NCBI GenBank assembly: GCA_963734495.1
Contig: CAVTHK010000001.1
Span: 672,001 to 736,000, forward strand
Direction of reading: 5' to 3'
Source: an uncultured Spirochaetota bacterium
Lineage (GTDB): Bacteria > Spirochaetota > Spirochaetia > SZUA-6 > CAVTHK01
Length of the DNA: 64,000 nucleotides
Positions 47,649-57,271 of the stretch are shown here, in pieces. The notes beneath the pieces were generated by a model that was not told the origin of the DNA, made no database searches, and was given only the letters and a program-made list of their open reading frames with translations. Position numbers and translations under genes: made by a program. The first letter of the stretch is position 1. The number at the start of each line of letters is the position of its first letter.

Positions 47649-47833
47649 GGGTGACAGCGTTGCCGAACTGCTACGGGCCGGACGAGCGCGGCCTTGATCG
47701 ACGAACTCGGCGCCAGCAGATCGCCTACGTGCCGATTGCCGGGGCGATCGCCGGCGGTGTAGCGGCGGCCGGGCTGGCGATCGACCGCACGGAGGGCCGC
47801 GCGCCGTTGGCCGTGGCGCCCGCGTCCTCCTGA
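47590..47833 (+). pseudogene. DUF5681-like (phage-associated) remnant
   Basis: MRRRPFKKGQSRNPRGRPRRG...LL, then shifted frame AIAGGVAAAGLAIDRTEGR; overlaps the 3' end of the SCO gene. Confidence 0.6.
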
Positions 47834-48141
47834 GCGCCCTCGGCGTCAACCAGTGAGGATGTGTAAGCCCTTGGCAGTTCCGCATGTGATGACCCTGTCG
47901 CAGCCGCGAAAGTCATCCACTTCGCTTCATGACACTCCTGGGAAATGCGTCTGGCAAGGACATGAGGACCCTGACTTGGGGGACCGTCAGGAAGATTGCG
48001 GCTGCTCCTGCGCCGACCGCGCCCGAACAAGGCCGACCTGGCAAGACACGCTCCCGTGACGCGCGTGGAGGTTGAGCATTTGCATCGACCGCCCGGTCGC
48101 CCAATAATGCCCGCGGGTCGCCCGGTGGAAGGAGCAACTGA

Positions 48142-48504
48142 GTGAATAAGGCAGAGTCCGACAATCGCCCCGGAACGGCGGGTCTTCGACCGAAGGTCGT
48201 GCATATCGATCCCGAAGTACGGGACAGCCAGCGACTGCTCGGTGGTCCCCCGGAGACCGCGACGATGCGGTCGGGTCTCGTTGTGCTCGAGCCGTCCCGG
48301 TCGATCGGCGTTCACACGACAGGAGACTACGAGGAAGTCGTCGTCGTCCTCTCGGGTGTCGGTGAGATGCGGTTGGCGGACGAGACGGCCCTGGGGCTGG
48401 CAGGGGGCTCCATCGCCTATTGCCCGCCGGCGACGGAGCACGATGTCGTCAACACGGGCTCCGAGCCACTGCGGTATGTCTACGTGGTGGCAAAGGCGCG
48501 GTAG
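48142..48504 (+). CDS. Cupin domain protein
   Basis: GVHTTGDYEEVVVVLSG...PPATEHDVVNTGSEPL; AGGAG SD; TTGCAT-17-AATAAT at 48080-48108. Confidence 0.88.
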   Translation: MNKAESDNRPGTAGLRPKVVHIDPEVRDSQRLLGGPPETATMRSGLVVLEPSRSIGVHTTGDYEEVVVVLSGVGEMRLADETALGLAGGSIAYCPPATEHDVVNTGSEPLRYVYVVAKAR

Positions 48505-48738
48505 ACGTCCCCTGCAGCGCGTTCGTAGTCGTTTGGGTACGAAATGCGGGCGAGCCCACGCATGGCTTCATCAGAACTGGTCGACGCGAACGCCCAGTTG
48601 CCAACAGTTGTCCGCCGCCTGCGCTCAAGAGACGAAGCCTCTTCGGCGGCTCGCGGCGGCTCCCAGCCTCGGGCGATACGGTTGCGAAGGGCCTGCTCCG
48701 AGACGGAGGCTGGCGCGCGCTGGTCCTTCCTGCCGCTT

Positions 48739-50325
48739 TCAGGCGATCCCGATGCGCCTCTTGACCCGCGGTTCGGTTTCGATGATCCGGTCGAGCAACT
48801 GCCGGCACAGGCGCGCGCGCACGTCGGCCACGCGCTGGTCGGCGAACAGGTTGCGCCGCTCGTCCGGGTCGTTGCGCAGGTCGATCAGCATGCCGTCGTC
48901 CCTGCCCGCAAGGAGCGTCAGCTTGAAGTCCCGCGTCACGAGCGTGCGCAGGCACAGCCCGCGGATGTCATCGTCGTCTTCGACGAGCACCGAATCCTGA
49001 ACGCTCGCGGCCTTGCCTTCGAGGATGGGCCGCAGCGACCGGCCCGGCAAGCGGCTCACGCCTTTGTAGATCCCGCCATCCGCATAGTCGCGGTGGTCCT
49101 TGAACGGGCCGGGCCAGTCGGGCACGTGGCCCTGCGGGACCTCGACGCCGCACACGTCGAGGACCGTTGGCACAAAGTCCAGCAGGCTTGCGAGCGCGGT
49201 CGTTCGGTATCCGCCCGGGATGAGCCTTGGCAGGTGGAAGAACAGCGGCACGCGGATAAGGCTCTCGTAGTGGAACGGCCCTTTGCAGAACAGGCCGTGG
49301 TCGCCCATCAGCTCGCCGTGGTCGGCGAGGAACACGATCAGCGTGTTTTCGTACAGCCCCTTGCGCTTGAGGTGCTCGACGATCCTGCCCACACTCTTGT
49401 CCAGCAGGCTGATCATCCCGTAGACCAGAGCCTTTGTCTCTTTTATCTGTTGAAGGCTCCGGAGGTCCGGACCGCCGTCGGTGGAGTGGATGCCACGATC
49501 GCGGTACCAGCTCGTGTGGTAAAAGCCGGGCATGTCCGCGCGGGGGTCGTCGAAAGCGACCGGGTCCGGCACCTGGTCGGCGTGGTACATCTGCGACCAC
49601 GGCGCCGGAGGGCCAAATGGGAAGTGCGGGTCCGGGTTCGAGCACCACAGAAAAAACGGACGGTCCGGATCCCTGGCGTCGATGCTTTCGATGGTGCGCC
49701 GCGTTATCCACTCGGTGTAGTACAGCTCCTCCGGGACCGTGGAGAAGTACGTGTTCGGGCAGAGCGTCGGTTGCGTGCTCTCCTGGGCCCGCAGGGCAGC
49801 GGCGACCTGGGGATGCTCTTCCTGCAACCCGTTGAAGTACTCGCCAAAGCAGTAGCTGCCGTGGCCACCGAGGAAATGCGTCTTGTCGAGCCCCATGAAT
49901 CCTTTGGGCAGCCGCGTGATGGTGCCCCGCTTCCACGGGGTTTCGCACTCCGGCAGCAGGACCGGATCGTAGTCCGTGACCTGGGGGCTCTTCTCCGGCG
50001 CCAGGTGCCAGGACTTGACGTGGATCTTGCCCACGGAGATCGTCTGGTATCCCGCGGAGCCGAGCAAGCGCGGCAGGGTGAGAGCGTCGTCGTCAAGATC
50101 GACGCCGTTGGTGCGCACGCCGTGGCCGCGCGGTGTCTGGCCCGTCCAGAGTGTGGCGCGCGAAGGCATGCACAAAGGCGTTTCGCAGTAGGCGTTCTCG
50201 AATATCAGCCCGCCGGCGGCAAGGTCGTCCAGCGCCGGCGTTTTGAGCACCGGATCGCCCGCGTAGCCCATCCATCGAAAGCAGTGCTGGTCGGTGACAA
50301 AGACAAGGATGTTGGGCTTGGACAC
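48739..50325 (-). CDS. Cys-type sulfatase
   Basis: PNILVFVTDQH, CMPSRATLWTG, GKIH, ADHG. Confidence 0.92.
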   Translation of the reverse strand: MSKPNILVFVTDQHCFRWMGYAGDPVLKTPALDDLAAGGLIFENAYCETPLCMPSRATLWTGQTPRGHGVRTNGVDLDDDALTLPRLLGSAGYQTISVGKIHVKSWHLAPEKSPQVTDYDPVLLPECETPWKRGTITRLPKGFMGLDKTHFLGGHGSYCFGEYFNGLQEEHPQVAAALRAQESTQPTLCPNTYFSTVPEELYYTEWITRRTIESIDARDPDRPFFLWCSNPDPHFPFGPPAPWSQMYHADQVPDPVAFDDPRADMPGFYHTSWYRDRGIHSTDGGPDLRSLQQIKETKALVYGMISLLDKSVGRIVEHLKRKGLYENTLIVFLADHGELMGDHGLFCKGPFHYESLIRVPLFFHLPRLIPGGYRTTALASLLDFVPTVLDVCGVEVPQGHVPDWPGPFKDHRDYADGGIYKGVSRLPGRSLRPILEGKAASVQDSVLVEDDDDIRGLCLRTLVTRDFKLTLLAGRDDGMLIDLRNDPDERRNLFADQRVADVRARLCRQLLDRIIETEPRVKRRIGIA

Positions 50326-50346
50326 GCTGAAGCCTTTCTCGCCGGC

Positions 50347-50416
50347 ATTGTCGGGGCGGGCGCCGCCATGTCAAGGGTTCGTTGCCGTTGACGCGGCTCG
50401 GGGTTGCCCCTAAGAT
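50347..50416. promoter_or_regulatory. Back-to-back sigma70-type promoters
   Basis: + strand TTGACG (50388), 17 bp, TAAGAT, 7 nt, ATG 50424; - strand TTGACA (50374), 16 bp, GACAAT. Confidence 0.6.
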
Positions 50417-50423
50417 CGCGGCT

Positions 50424-51344
50424 ATGCTCAGGACCGCAACTACCGGCACCCTGGCCCGTAGCCTCGTCAAGCACCGCTACATCTACCTGATGGTCCTCCC
50501 CGTCCTGATTTACTACACGCTGTTCCACTACGTCCCGATGGGCGGCGCCGTGATCGCGTTCCAGGACTACAACCCCGCCAAGGGCTTCGCGGGCAGCCGC
50601 TGGATCGGCTGGGAGAACTTCAGGGACTTTCTGTGGGGACACTACGCGTGGCGGCTCATCCGCAACACGGTGCTGCTCAACGTGTACCAGATCGTCTTTG
50701 GCTTTCCCGCGCCGATCGTCCTCGCGCTCCTGATCAACGAGATGAAGACCGGCATGTTCAAGAAGTCCATGCAGACCATCAGCTACATGCCGCACTTTAT
50801 CTCGATCGTGGTCGTGTGCGGGATGCTCGTGGATTTCTCGCGGACCGACGGTTTCTTCAACGACGTGATCGTCGCCATGGGGGGCGAGCGGACCAGCCTC
50901 CTCGCCCGGGCGGAGCTGTTCCGTACGATCTTTACCGCAAGCGGGGTCTGGCAGGGGGTGGGATGGGGCAGCATCATCTACCTCGCCACGCTCTCCACGG
51001 TCGACCCCAACCTGCAGGAGGCCGCGGTCATCGACGGCGCCAGCCGCGTCCAGCGGATGATCCACATCTCGCTGACCGCGATCATCCCGGTGATCGTGAT
51101 CCAGCTCATCATGCGCGTCGGCAACATCATGACCCAGGGCTTTGAAAAGGTGATCCTGCTCTACAGCCCGCTCACCTACGAGACGGCCGACGTGATCTCC
51201 AGCTACGTATACCGGCGCGGGCTCGTGGAGATGGACTACAGCTTTGGCGCGGCGGTCGGGATCTTCAACTCGATCGTCAACCTGTCGGTCCTCTGGGCGG
51301 CCAATTCCCTCGCCCGGCGGATGTCCAGCGAGAGCCTCTGGTAG
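50424..51344 (+). CDS. Carbohydrate ABC transporter permease (LplB-like)
   Basis: YVPMGG..IAFQDY, SYMPHFIS, EAA loop QEAAVIDGA. Confidence 0.93.
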   Translation: MLRTATTGTLARSLVKHRYIYLMVLPVLIYYTLFHYVPMGGAVIAFQDYNPAKGFAGSRWIGWENFRDFLWGHYAWRLIRNTVLLNVYQIVFGFPAPIVLALLINEMKTGMFKKSMQTISYMPHFISIVVVCGMLVDFSRTDGFFNDVIVAMGGERTSLLARAELFRTIFTASGVWQGVGWGSIIYLATLSTVDPNLQEAAVIDGASRVQRMIHISLTAIIPVIVIQLIMRVGNIMTQGFEKVILLYSPLTYETADVISSYVYRRGLVEMDYSFGAAVGIFNSIVNLSVLWAANSLARRMSSESLW

Positions 51345-51356
51345 GGCGGGAAACCG

Positions 51357-52232
51357 ATGGTCGAGCGAAACAGTCGGGGCGACACGATCTTTCTCGCGAC
51401 CGACTACGTGCTTGTCACGCTGGTCTGCCTCCTGTGCCTGTACCCCATGGTGCACGTGCTGTTCTCCTCGATCAGCAATCCCATCCGGCTCATGCAGCAC
51501 TCGGGCATCATGCTGTGGCCCGTGGGCTTTTCGCTCAAGGGCTACTCGATGGTGTTTGCCAACCCCAACATCCTGAGCGGGTACGGGAACACGTTCATCT
51601 ACACGACCGCCGGCACGGCGCTCAACCTTCTCATGAGCGCGCTCGGCGCCTATTCCCTGTCGCGCAAGGACTACCCGGGCAAGACCGCGATCACGCTTCT
51701 CATCGTCTTCACCATGTACTTTTCCGGCGGGCTGATCCCGCACTTTCTGCTGGTCAAGGGCCTGGGCATGTTCAACTCGCGCCTCGCGCTGATCATCCCG
51801 CCGGCGATCAACACCTGGAACCTGATCGTGATGCGGACCTCGTTCAGGCAGATCCCGGACAGCCTCGAGGAATCCGCCAAGATGGACGGCGCCAACGACT
51901 TTGTGATCCTGTTCCGGATCTTTCTGCCCGTGGCCAAAGCGACGATGGCGGTCATGGCCCTGTTCTACGGGGTGGCCCACTGGAACTCGTGGTTCAGCGC
52001 GATGATCTTTCTCCAGGAGCGCTCGCTGTACCCGCTGCAGCTCTTTCTGCGCGAGATCCTGATCTCCAGCTCGGTGGCCGGGAACATCGCGCAGGACTCC
52101 GACGTCTTTTTCATGGAGGCGCTTATCAAGAACACGACGATCGTCATCGCGACGGTGCCGATCCTGTGCGCCTACCCGTTCGCGCAGAGGTACTTTATGC
52201 GGGGCCTGATGCTCGGATCGCTCAAGGAGTAG
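51357..52232 (+). CDS. Carbohydrate ABC transporter permease (LplC-like)
   Basis: TMYFSGGLIP, LEESAKMDGA, HWNSWF, YPFAQRYF. Confidence 0.93.
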   Translation: MVERNSRGDTIFLATDYVLVTLVCLLCLYPMVHVLFSSISNPIRLMQHSGIMLWPVGFSLKGYSMVFANPNILSGYGNTFIYTTAGTALNLLMSALGAYSLSRKDYPGKTAITLLIVFTMYFSGGLIPHFLLVKGLGMFNSRLALIIPPAINTWNLIVMRTSFRQIPDSLEESAKMDGANDFVILFRIFLPVAKATMAVMALFYGVAHWNSWFSAMIFLQERSLYPLQLFLREILISSSVAGNIAQDSDVFFMEALIKNTTIVIATVPILCAYPFAQRYFMRGLMLGSLKE

Positions 52233-52284
52233 GGATCAAGGCGGCCTGCGCCGCAACATGGGAATCGTTCGAGGAGGAGGAGAC

Positions 52285-53895
52285 ATGCTGAAGAAGACGC
52301 TGTGCTACGCGCTCGTGGTCCTGCTCGCTGCAGCGGCCGCGTTCGCGAGCGGGAGCGCCGACACCGGCAAGAGCGCCTCGGCGCTCACCACCGAGGGGGC
52401 GCCGATCCGCGAGTACCCGATCAAGACCGAAAAGCCGGTCACGCTGAGCTTCTGGATGCCGATCCAGGCGTCGGCGGCCAAGTTCATCTCGTCGTTCAAG
52501 GACAACCCGGCGCTGGTCCAGATGGAAAAGGACACCGGGGTCACGATCAAGTGGCTCCATCCCGCGGTCGGCCAGGAGCAGGAGCAGTTCAACCTGCTGA
52601 TGGCCTCGGGCGACCTGCCCGACCTGCTCGGCGCGGCCACCATGTACAAGGGAGGCGAGTTCAAGGGCATGCTCGACGGCGCGTTCCAGGACCTGACCCC
52701 TATGCTCGCCAAGTACGCCCCCGACTACGTCGAGCTCATCAAGAAGGACACTGAGTTCTTTCGCGAGGTGAGCGATCCCGACGGCCGGGTCTGCGCGTTC
52801 TATGCCTACAAGCCGCAGGGGGACCCCCCGTACCGCCGCTTTATCCTGCGCGAGGACGTGCTCGCCGACCTCAAGCTGGAGATCCCCAGGACGATCGCCG
52901 AGTGGGAAAAGGTCTTCGAGGCGATGAAGAACGCCGGGATGGCTCCCTATGCTCTCATCTCCAACGGATACGAGGAGCAGTTCATCGGGCCGTTCGGGAT
53001 CTACGCGGCGCCGACGACGTTCTACAAGGACGCCGCGGGCAAGGTCCATTTCGGGCAGGTCGACCCCGAGTTCAAGCAGTACCTGCAGCTCATGAGCGAC
53101 TGGTACAAGAAAGGCTACATATCCAAGGACTTTACCAGCCTCAACGGCACGCAGATCCGAACGCTCTTCGACACCAAGAAGATCGGCACGATGGTCGACG
53201 CGATCGTCGCGAACTTCAACCGTGGACTCACCCTCAAGATCCCGGTCACGTCGGCACCCTACCCGCGCCTCAAGCTCGGGGACAAGCTGCACTACGAGTT
53301 CACGGACATCTGGCCCCGCATGCCCCAGAGGGAGACGGTGGCAGTCGTGACCAAGGCGTGCAAGACGCCGGACATCGCGGTGCGTTTCCTCAACTACGGC
53401 TACACGCAAAAGGGCTTTGACCTCCTCAACTGGGGCGTCGAAGGCGTCAACTGGACGATGCAGAACGGCAAGCATGTCTACAACGACCTCATGCTGAACA
53501 ACCCGAAGTTCGGCACCGAGGAGGCGAGCTACATCTACAAGACCCACTTCTTCCCCAAGTTGACCGGCCTCGACACGGTGGTCCACGCGAACCTGCTCAA
53601 GAGCCCGGCCTCGCTGGCGTCGCGGCAAAAGTGGGCGACGGATCCCGACATGGACTCGCTCCACAAACTGCCGCCCTACCAGCTGCCCGCCGACGACCTC
53701 TCGCGCTTCACCAGGGTGATGTCGGAGGTCGACACCTACGCCAACGAGATGGTCCTCAAGTTCATCGTGGGCAACGAGCCGCTGGCGAACTTTGACAAGT
53801 TCGTGGCGACGATCAAGTCGATGGGCATCGACGACGCAATCAAGATGCAGCAGGCCGCGTACGACAAGTACATGGCCAAGAAGTCCAAGTTCTAG
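52285..53895 (+). CDS. Carbohydrate ABC transporter solute-binding protein
   Basis: Spirochaete-type signal ...AAAFASG, NLLMASGDLPDL, WGVEG; GGAGGAG SD. Confidence 0.9.
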   Translation: MLKKTLCYALVVLLAAAAAFASGSADTGKSASALTTEGAPIREYPIKTEKPVTLSFWMPIQASAAKFISSFKDNPALVQMEKDTGVTIKWLHPAVGQEQEQFNLLMASGDLPDLLGAATMYKGGEFKGMLDGAFQDLTPMLAKYAPDYVELIKKDTEFFREVSDPDGRVCAFYAYKPQGDPPYRRFILREDVLADLKLEIPRTIAEWEKVFEAMKNAGMAPYALISNGYEEQFIGPFGIYAAPTTFYKDAAGKVHFGQVDPEFKQYLQLMSDWYKKGYISKDFTSLNGTQIRTLFDTKKIGTMVDAIVANFNRGLTLKIPVTSAPYPRLKLGDKLHYEFTDIWPRMPQRETVAVVTKACKTPDIAVRFLNYGYTQKGFDLLNWGVEGVNWTMQNGKHVYNDLMLNNPKFGTEEASYIYKTHFFPKLTGLDTVVHANLLKSPASLASRQKWATDPDMDSLHKLPPYQLPADDLSRFTRVMSEVDTYANEMVLKFIVGNEPLANFDKFVATIKSMGIDDAIKMQQAAYDKYMAKKSKF

Positions 53896-53919
53896 ATAGT
53901 AGATAGAAGAAGAAGGCCC

Positions 53920-53958
53920 GGGCCCGCGACGCTTCCCGGGGCGCCGCGGGCCCTTTCT
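53920..53958 (+). terminator. GC-rich hairpin after the binding-protein gene (terminator or mRNA stabiliser)
   Basis: GGGCCCGCGACGC pairs with GCGCCGCGGGCCC (one mismatch), followed by TTTCT. Confidence 0.55.
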
Positions 53959-53980
53959 CCGCGGGGCATCGCCCCGGAGC

Positions 53981-55432
53981 ATGCGCGTGGAAAGACCCCC
54001 GATCGTACTGATCACCCTCGACGAGCTGCTGCGCGAGTCTCTGGGCTGCTACGGCGGCCTGGCCGCCCAGACCCCGAACATCGACCGGCTGGCCGGCGAG
54101 AGCATCCGCTTTACGCGCGCCCACACGGTGAGCCCGTGGTGCCTGCCCGCCCGCTGCTCGATCCTCACCGGGCTTCTGCCCCACAACAGCGGCGCCTACA
54201 GCAACTTTCGCAAGTGCGCGCTCGACGCGGGCGTGCCCAATCTTTACAAGGAGCTGCGCAGCCTCGGCTACAGCACGGCGCACGTCGGCAAGTGCCACTA
54301 CGCGCCCGTGCCTTACGACGAGCCGCGGCCCGACGTCACGCTGCCCTACGACGAGTTCCGCGACTACTACGTGCGCCTCGGTCTCGACCACCTCGACCTG
54401 CAGGACGACAAGCAGGTCTCGGTGTGGTTCTACGACGACTACTCCAAGGAGCTCGACGCCGCCGGTCACCTCAAGGCCTACCGCGATGCGACATGGGCGC
54501 GCGTGGAAAACGGCAGGGTTTTCCCGTTCCCCGCGCCCGCGGAGTGGCATCCGGACAGCTGGGTGGGGCGCAAGGCCGTGGAGTACATCCAGGGCTACCG
54601 GGGCGAGCGGTCGCCCTTCCTCTGGGTGTCGTTCAGCGGCCCGCACTACCCCATCGACCCGCCCGCCGAGTACCTCGACCGCGTGGACATGGGCCGCGAC
54701 GCGGCGCGGGCGCTCCGTGCGGGCGAGCTCGATGACACCACGCGCATCCACCACAAGAGCTGGCGCGGGCCCGGCGGTATCGACGGCTGCGCCGGCGCCG
54801 AGGGCGGCGCGTGCGCCCGATACGACGAGGCGTACTGGAAGCGCCACCGCCATCACTACTTTGCCAACGTCACGCAGGTCGACGAGTGGGTCGGCCGCAT
54901 CCTCGAAACCGTCGAGCGACGGTGGGGCGACGCGCTCGTGATCCTGCTCGCCGATCACGGCGAGATGCTCGGCAACCACGGCCTGTGGGGCAAGCACAAC
55001 TGCGCCTACGAAGAAGTGTGGGGCATCCCCCTGCTCGTGCGCTATCCCGGCGAAAAGCGCGGGAGCACCTGTGACTTGCTCGTGACCAACGCTGACATCA
55101 TGGCGACCTGCCAGCGCGCCGCGGGCAGGCCCGAGCCCGCCTGGGGCGACGGCCTGGACTACCGCGCGCTCGCAGAGCGCGGCGGCTACAGGCACGTGTT
55201 CGCCGAAGGCGAGGGCTATCTCGCGGTCACCGACGGCACAATCAAGCTGGTGCGCATCCAGCAGCCACAGCGGCGCGGCGGTGCGGAGCTCAGTGTGTTC
55301 GACGAGCTCTATGACCGAGACGAGGACCCGCACGAGCACGAGAACCGGATCCACGATCCGCGCTACGCCTCCCGCGTGGCCGAGTTGCGCGGTGCCACGC
55401 AGGCGATGCTGATGCGCAAGGCCCTGCCGTGA
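53981..55432 (+). CDS. Cys-type sulfatase
   Basis: IVLITLDE, CLPARCSILTG, GKCH, PHYP, ADHG. Confidence 0.9.
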   Translation: MRVERPPIVLITLDELLRESLGCYGGLAAQTPNIDRLAGESIRFTRAHTVSPWCLPARCSILTGLLPHNSGAYSNFRKCALDAGVPNLYKELRSLGYSTAHVGKCHYAPVPYDEPRPDVTLPYDEFRDYYVRLGLDHLDLQDDKQVSVWFYDDYSKELDAAGHLKAYRDATWARVENGRVFPFPAPAEWHPDSWVGRKAVEYIQGYRGERSPFLWVSFSGPHYPIDPPAEYLDRVDMGRDAARALRAGELDDTTRIHHKSWRGPGGIDGCAGAEGGACARYDEAYWKRHRHHYFANVTQVDEWVGRILETVERRWGDALVILLADHGEMLGNHGLWGKHNCAYEEVWGIPLLVRYPGEKRGSTCDLLVTNADIMATCQRAAGRPEPAWGDGLDYRALAERGGYRHVFAEGEGYLAVTDGTIKLVRIQQPQRRGGAELSVFDELYDRDEDPHEHENRIHDPRYASRVAELRGATQAMLMRKALP

Positions 55433-56946
55433 CCGCGGCTGGCCGGAGCGACGGGCCGAACATTCTTCTCATCACAACCGACTCGCAACGTTGCGACACG
55501 CTGCGCTGCATGGGCTCCTCGTTTGCCCGCTCCCCCGCGCTCGACCGCCTGGCGTCGGAGGGCGTTCTGTTCGAGCAGGCGCACGCGTCGTCGCCGGTCT
55601 GCGCGCCCTCCCGTTGCAGCCTGCTCACCGGCGTGCACACTCCGATCCACGGCTGCATCGAAAACGGCATCGACCGACGCGCCGGCGTCCCGGTGTTCCC
55701 GGATGCGCTGCAGGCCGCCGGCTACTACAACATCATGGTGGGCAAGACCCACTATGGGCCCGTGCCGCAGTCGTTCGCCGTAGCGCACCTGCTCAAGGGC
55801 GAAAAGGGCGCCGATGTCGACGACTTTTACGCCGAGCACATCCGCGGCCGCGGCTACGGACGGGCGAGCGGCCACCCCAATCCGGTCCCGCCCGCGTTGT
55901 TCATGGACGCTCACCTCGCCGACGTGACGATCCGGGAGATCGAGAGGGCAGTCGCTGAGAGGCATGGTCCGTTCTTCGCATGGTGCTCTCTGCCGAGCCC
56001 GCACTCGCCCGTCGACCCGCCCGGCGAGTGGGTGCACGCCTACGACGGCGTCAGCCTGCCGCCCTTCAACCATGAGGCGGGCGAAATCAGCCGCCAGCCT
56101 GTGCACCTGCGCCGCCTCGTCGGCACTCTCGATCCTGCGGCCACTGCCGCGGAGCCCCGCCAGGGCGGGGAGCACGGCGAGCTCGCGCAGGTGGCCGAAG
56201 CCGTGGGCAACACGCTCGACCGCGCCGACCCTGCGGTGCTCGACCTGTATCGCCGCCTCTACTACGGCCTCGCTGCCTACTGCGATGCCCAGGTCGGGCG
56301 CCTGCTTGGCTTTCTCGACTCCGCTGGCTTGCGCGAGAGCACGCTCGTGATCTTTACGTCCGACCACGGGCTGCAGCTCTTTGATCACGGCTTCAACGAC
56401 AAGCACTGCTGGTACGACGAGTCGTGGCGCGTGCCACTGCTGCTCTCGCAGCCGGGCACTCTGCCGTGCGGCGCGCGCGCCGGTTTTGCGGTCGGAAACG
56501 ACATCACCGCGACCATCCTGGCCGCCGCGGGCGCCGAGATGCCGGGCGTGCAGGGCTTCGACCTCCGGGGTCCGCTCTCGCGCGGAGAGCCCTTGCCTCG
56601 GGGCTGCGCGGTCGGGACGCTCTACCGCTCAGCAGCGCTGGTCACGAAGCGCTACAAGCTGGAGTACTACTACGACGAAGGCGAAGGCCGCCTCTACGAC
56701 CGCGCCGCCGATCCTTCCGAGCAGCACGACCTGTTCGTCGAGCCGGCGCATCGCCGCTCGCGCGACGGCCTGCTCGCAGCCCTGCTGGCCTGGCGGGGTG
56801 ACATCGCCGACGTGGACCACCTTTCGCGCGCCACGCGCGGTGGTGGGCCGGTCGCCAACCGGATCGCCGGCTACACGCGCGCCATGCGCGGGGCCGACTC
56901 CGAGCTGCGCCTCAACGAGCGGGTCGCACGGGTCACGGACCGATGA
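55429..56946 (+). CDS. Cys-type sulfatase
   Basis: PNILLITTDSQ, CAPSRCSLLTG, GKTH, PHSP, SDHG. Confidence 0.9.
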   Translation: MTAAGRSDGPNILLITTDSQRCDTLRCMGSSFARSPALDRLASEGVLFEQAHASSPVCAPSRCSLLTGVHTPIHGCIENGIDRRAGVPVFPDALQAAGYYNIMVGKTHYGPVPQSFAVAHLLKGEKGADVDDFYAEHIRGRGYGRASGHPNPVPPALFMDAHLADVTIREIERAVAERHGPFFAWCSLPSPHSPVDPPGEWVHAYDGVSLPPFNHEAGEISRQPVHLRRLVGTLDPAATAAEPRQGGEHGELAQVAEAVGNTLDRADPAVLDLYRRLYYGLAAYCDAQVGRLLGFLDSAGLRESTLVIFTSDHGLQLFDHGFNDKHCWYDESWRVPLLLSQPGTLPCGARAGFAVGNDITATILAAAGAEMPGVQGFDLRGPLSRGEPLPRGCAVGTLYRSAALVTKRYKLEYYYDEGEGRLYDRAADPSEQHDLFVEPAHRRSRDGLLAALLAWRGDIADVDHLSRATRGGGPVANRIAGYTRAMRGADSELRLNERVARVTDR

Positions 56947-57271
56947 CCACCCGCTCAGCGCCGCACCCGGGGCCCGGGGTCCAGGCCTCGTCCGGCATCA
57001 ATTCCCAGAGTCGGCGTTCTGCGGCCTGTCAGGCGTGTAGCACAAATGCAGCAAAGTGTGCGCTTCAGACCGCCACACAACGCCACGGTGTGCGTAGGGA
57101 TCGTTGAGCCGAACGCTACACAGCTACACATAGGCACGCACGGCCACAGACCGGCGTGCAATGCGGAAGTCGCCGGAGGCACCGACGAGCTCGCAACTAT
57201 GGTGATGGACCTGACGGCCTGCGGCTGCCGAGCAACGAGAGACTCGCCTCGTGCCGCCCCCCTGCCGCGCG

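Noticed and set aside
48086-48099. Palindromes in promoter spacers (CGACCG-CC-CGGTCG here; GCCTCG-GG-CGAGGC at 4202-4215) as a shared operator
   Set aside because: The sequences differ from each other, and short GC-rich palindromes are frequent by chance at this base composition.
48531-48546. GGGTACGAAAT as a distal arm site or end of the older island
   Set aside because: Only a 6-bp match to the arm motif, and no tRNA-derived core was found nearby.
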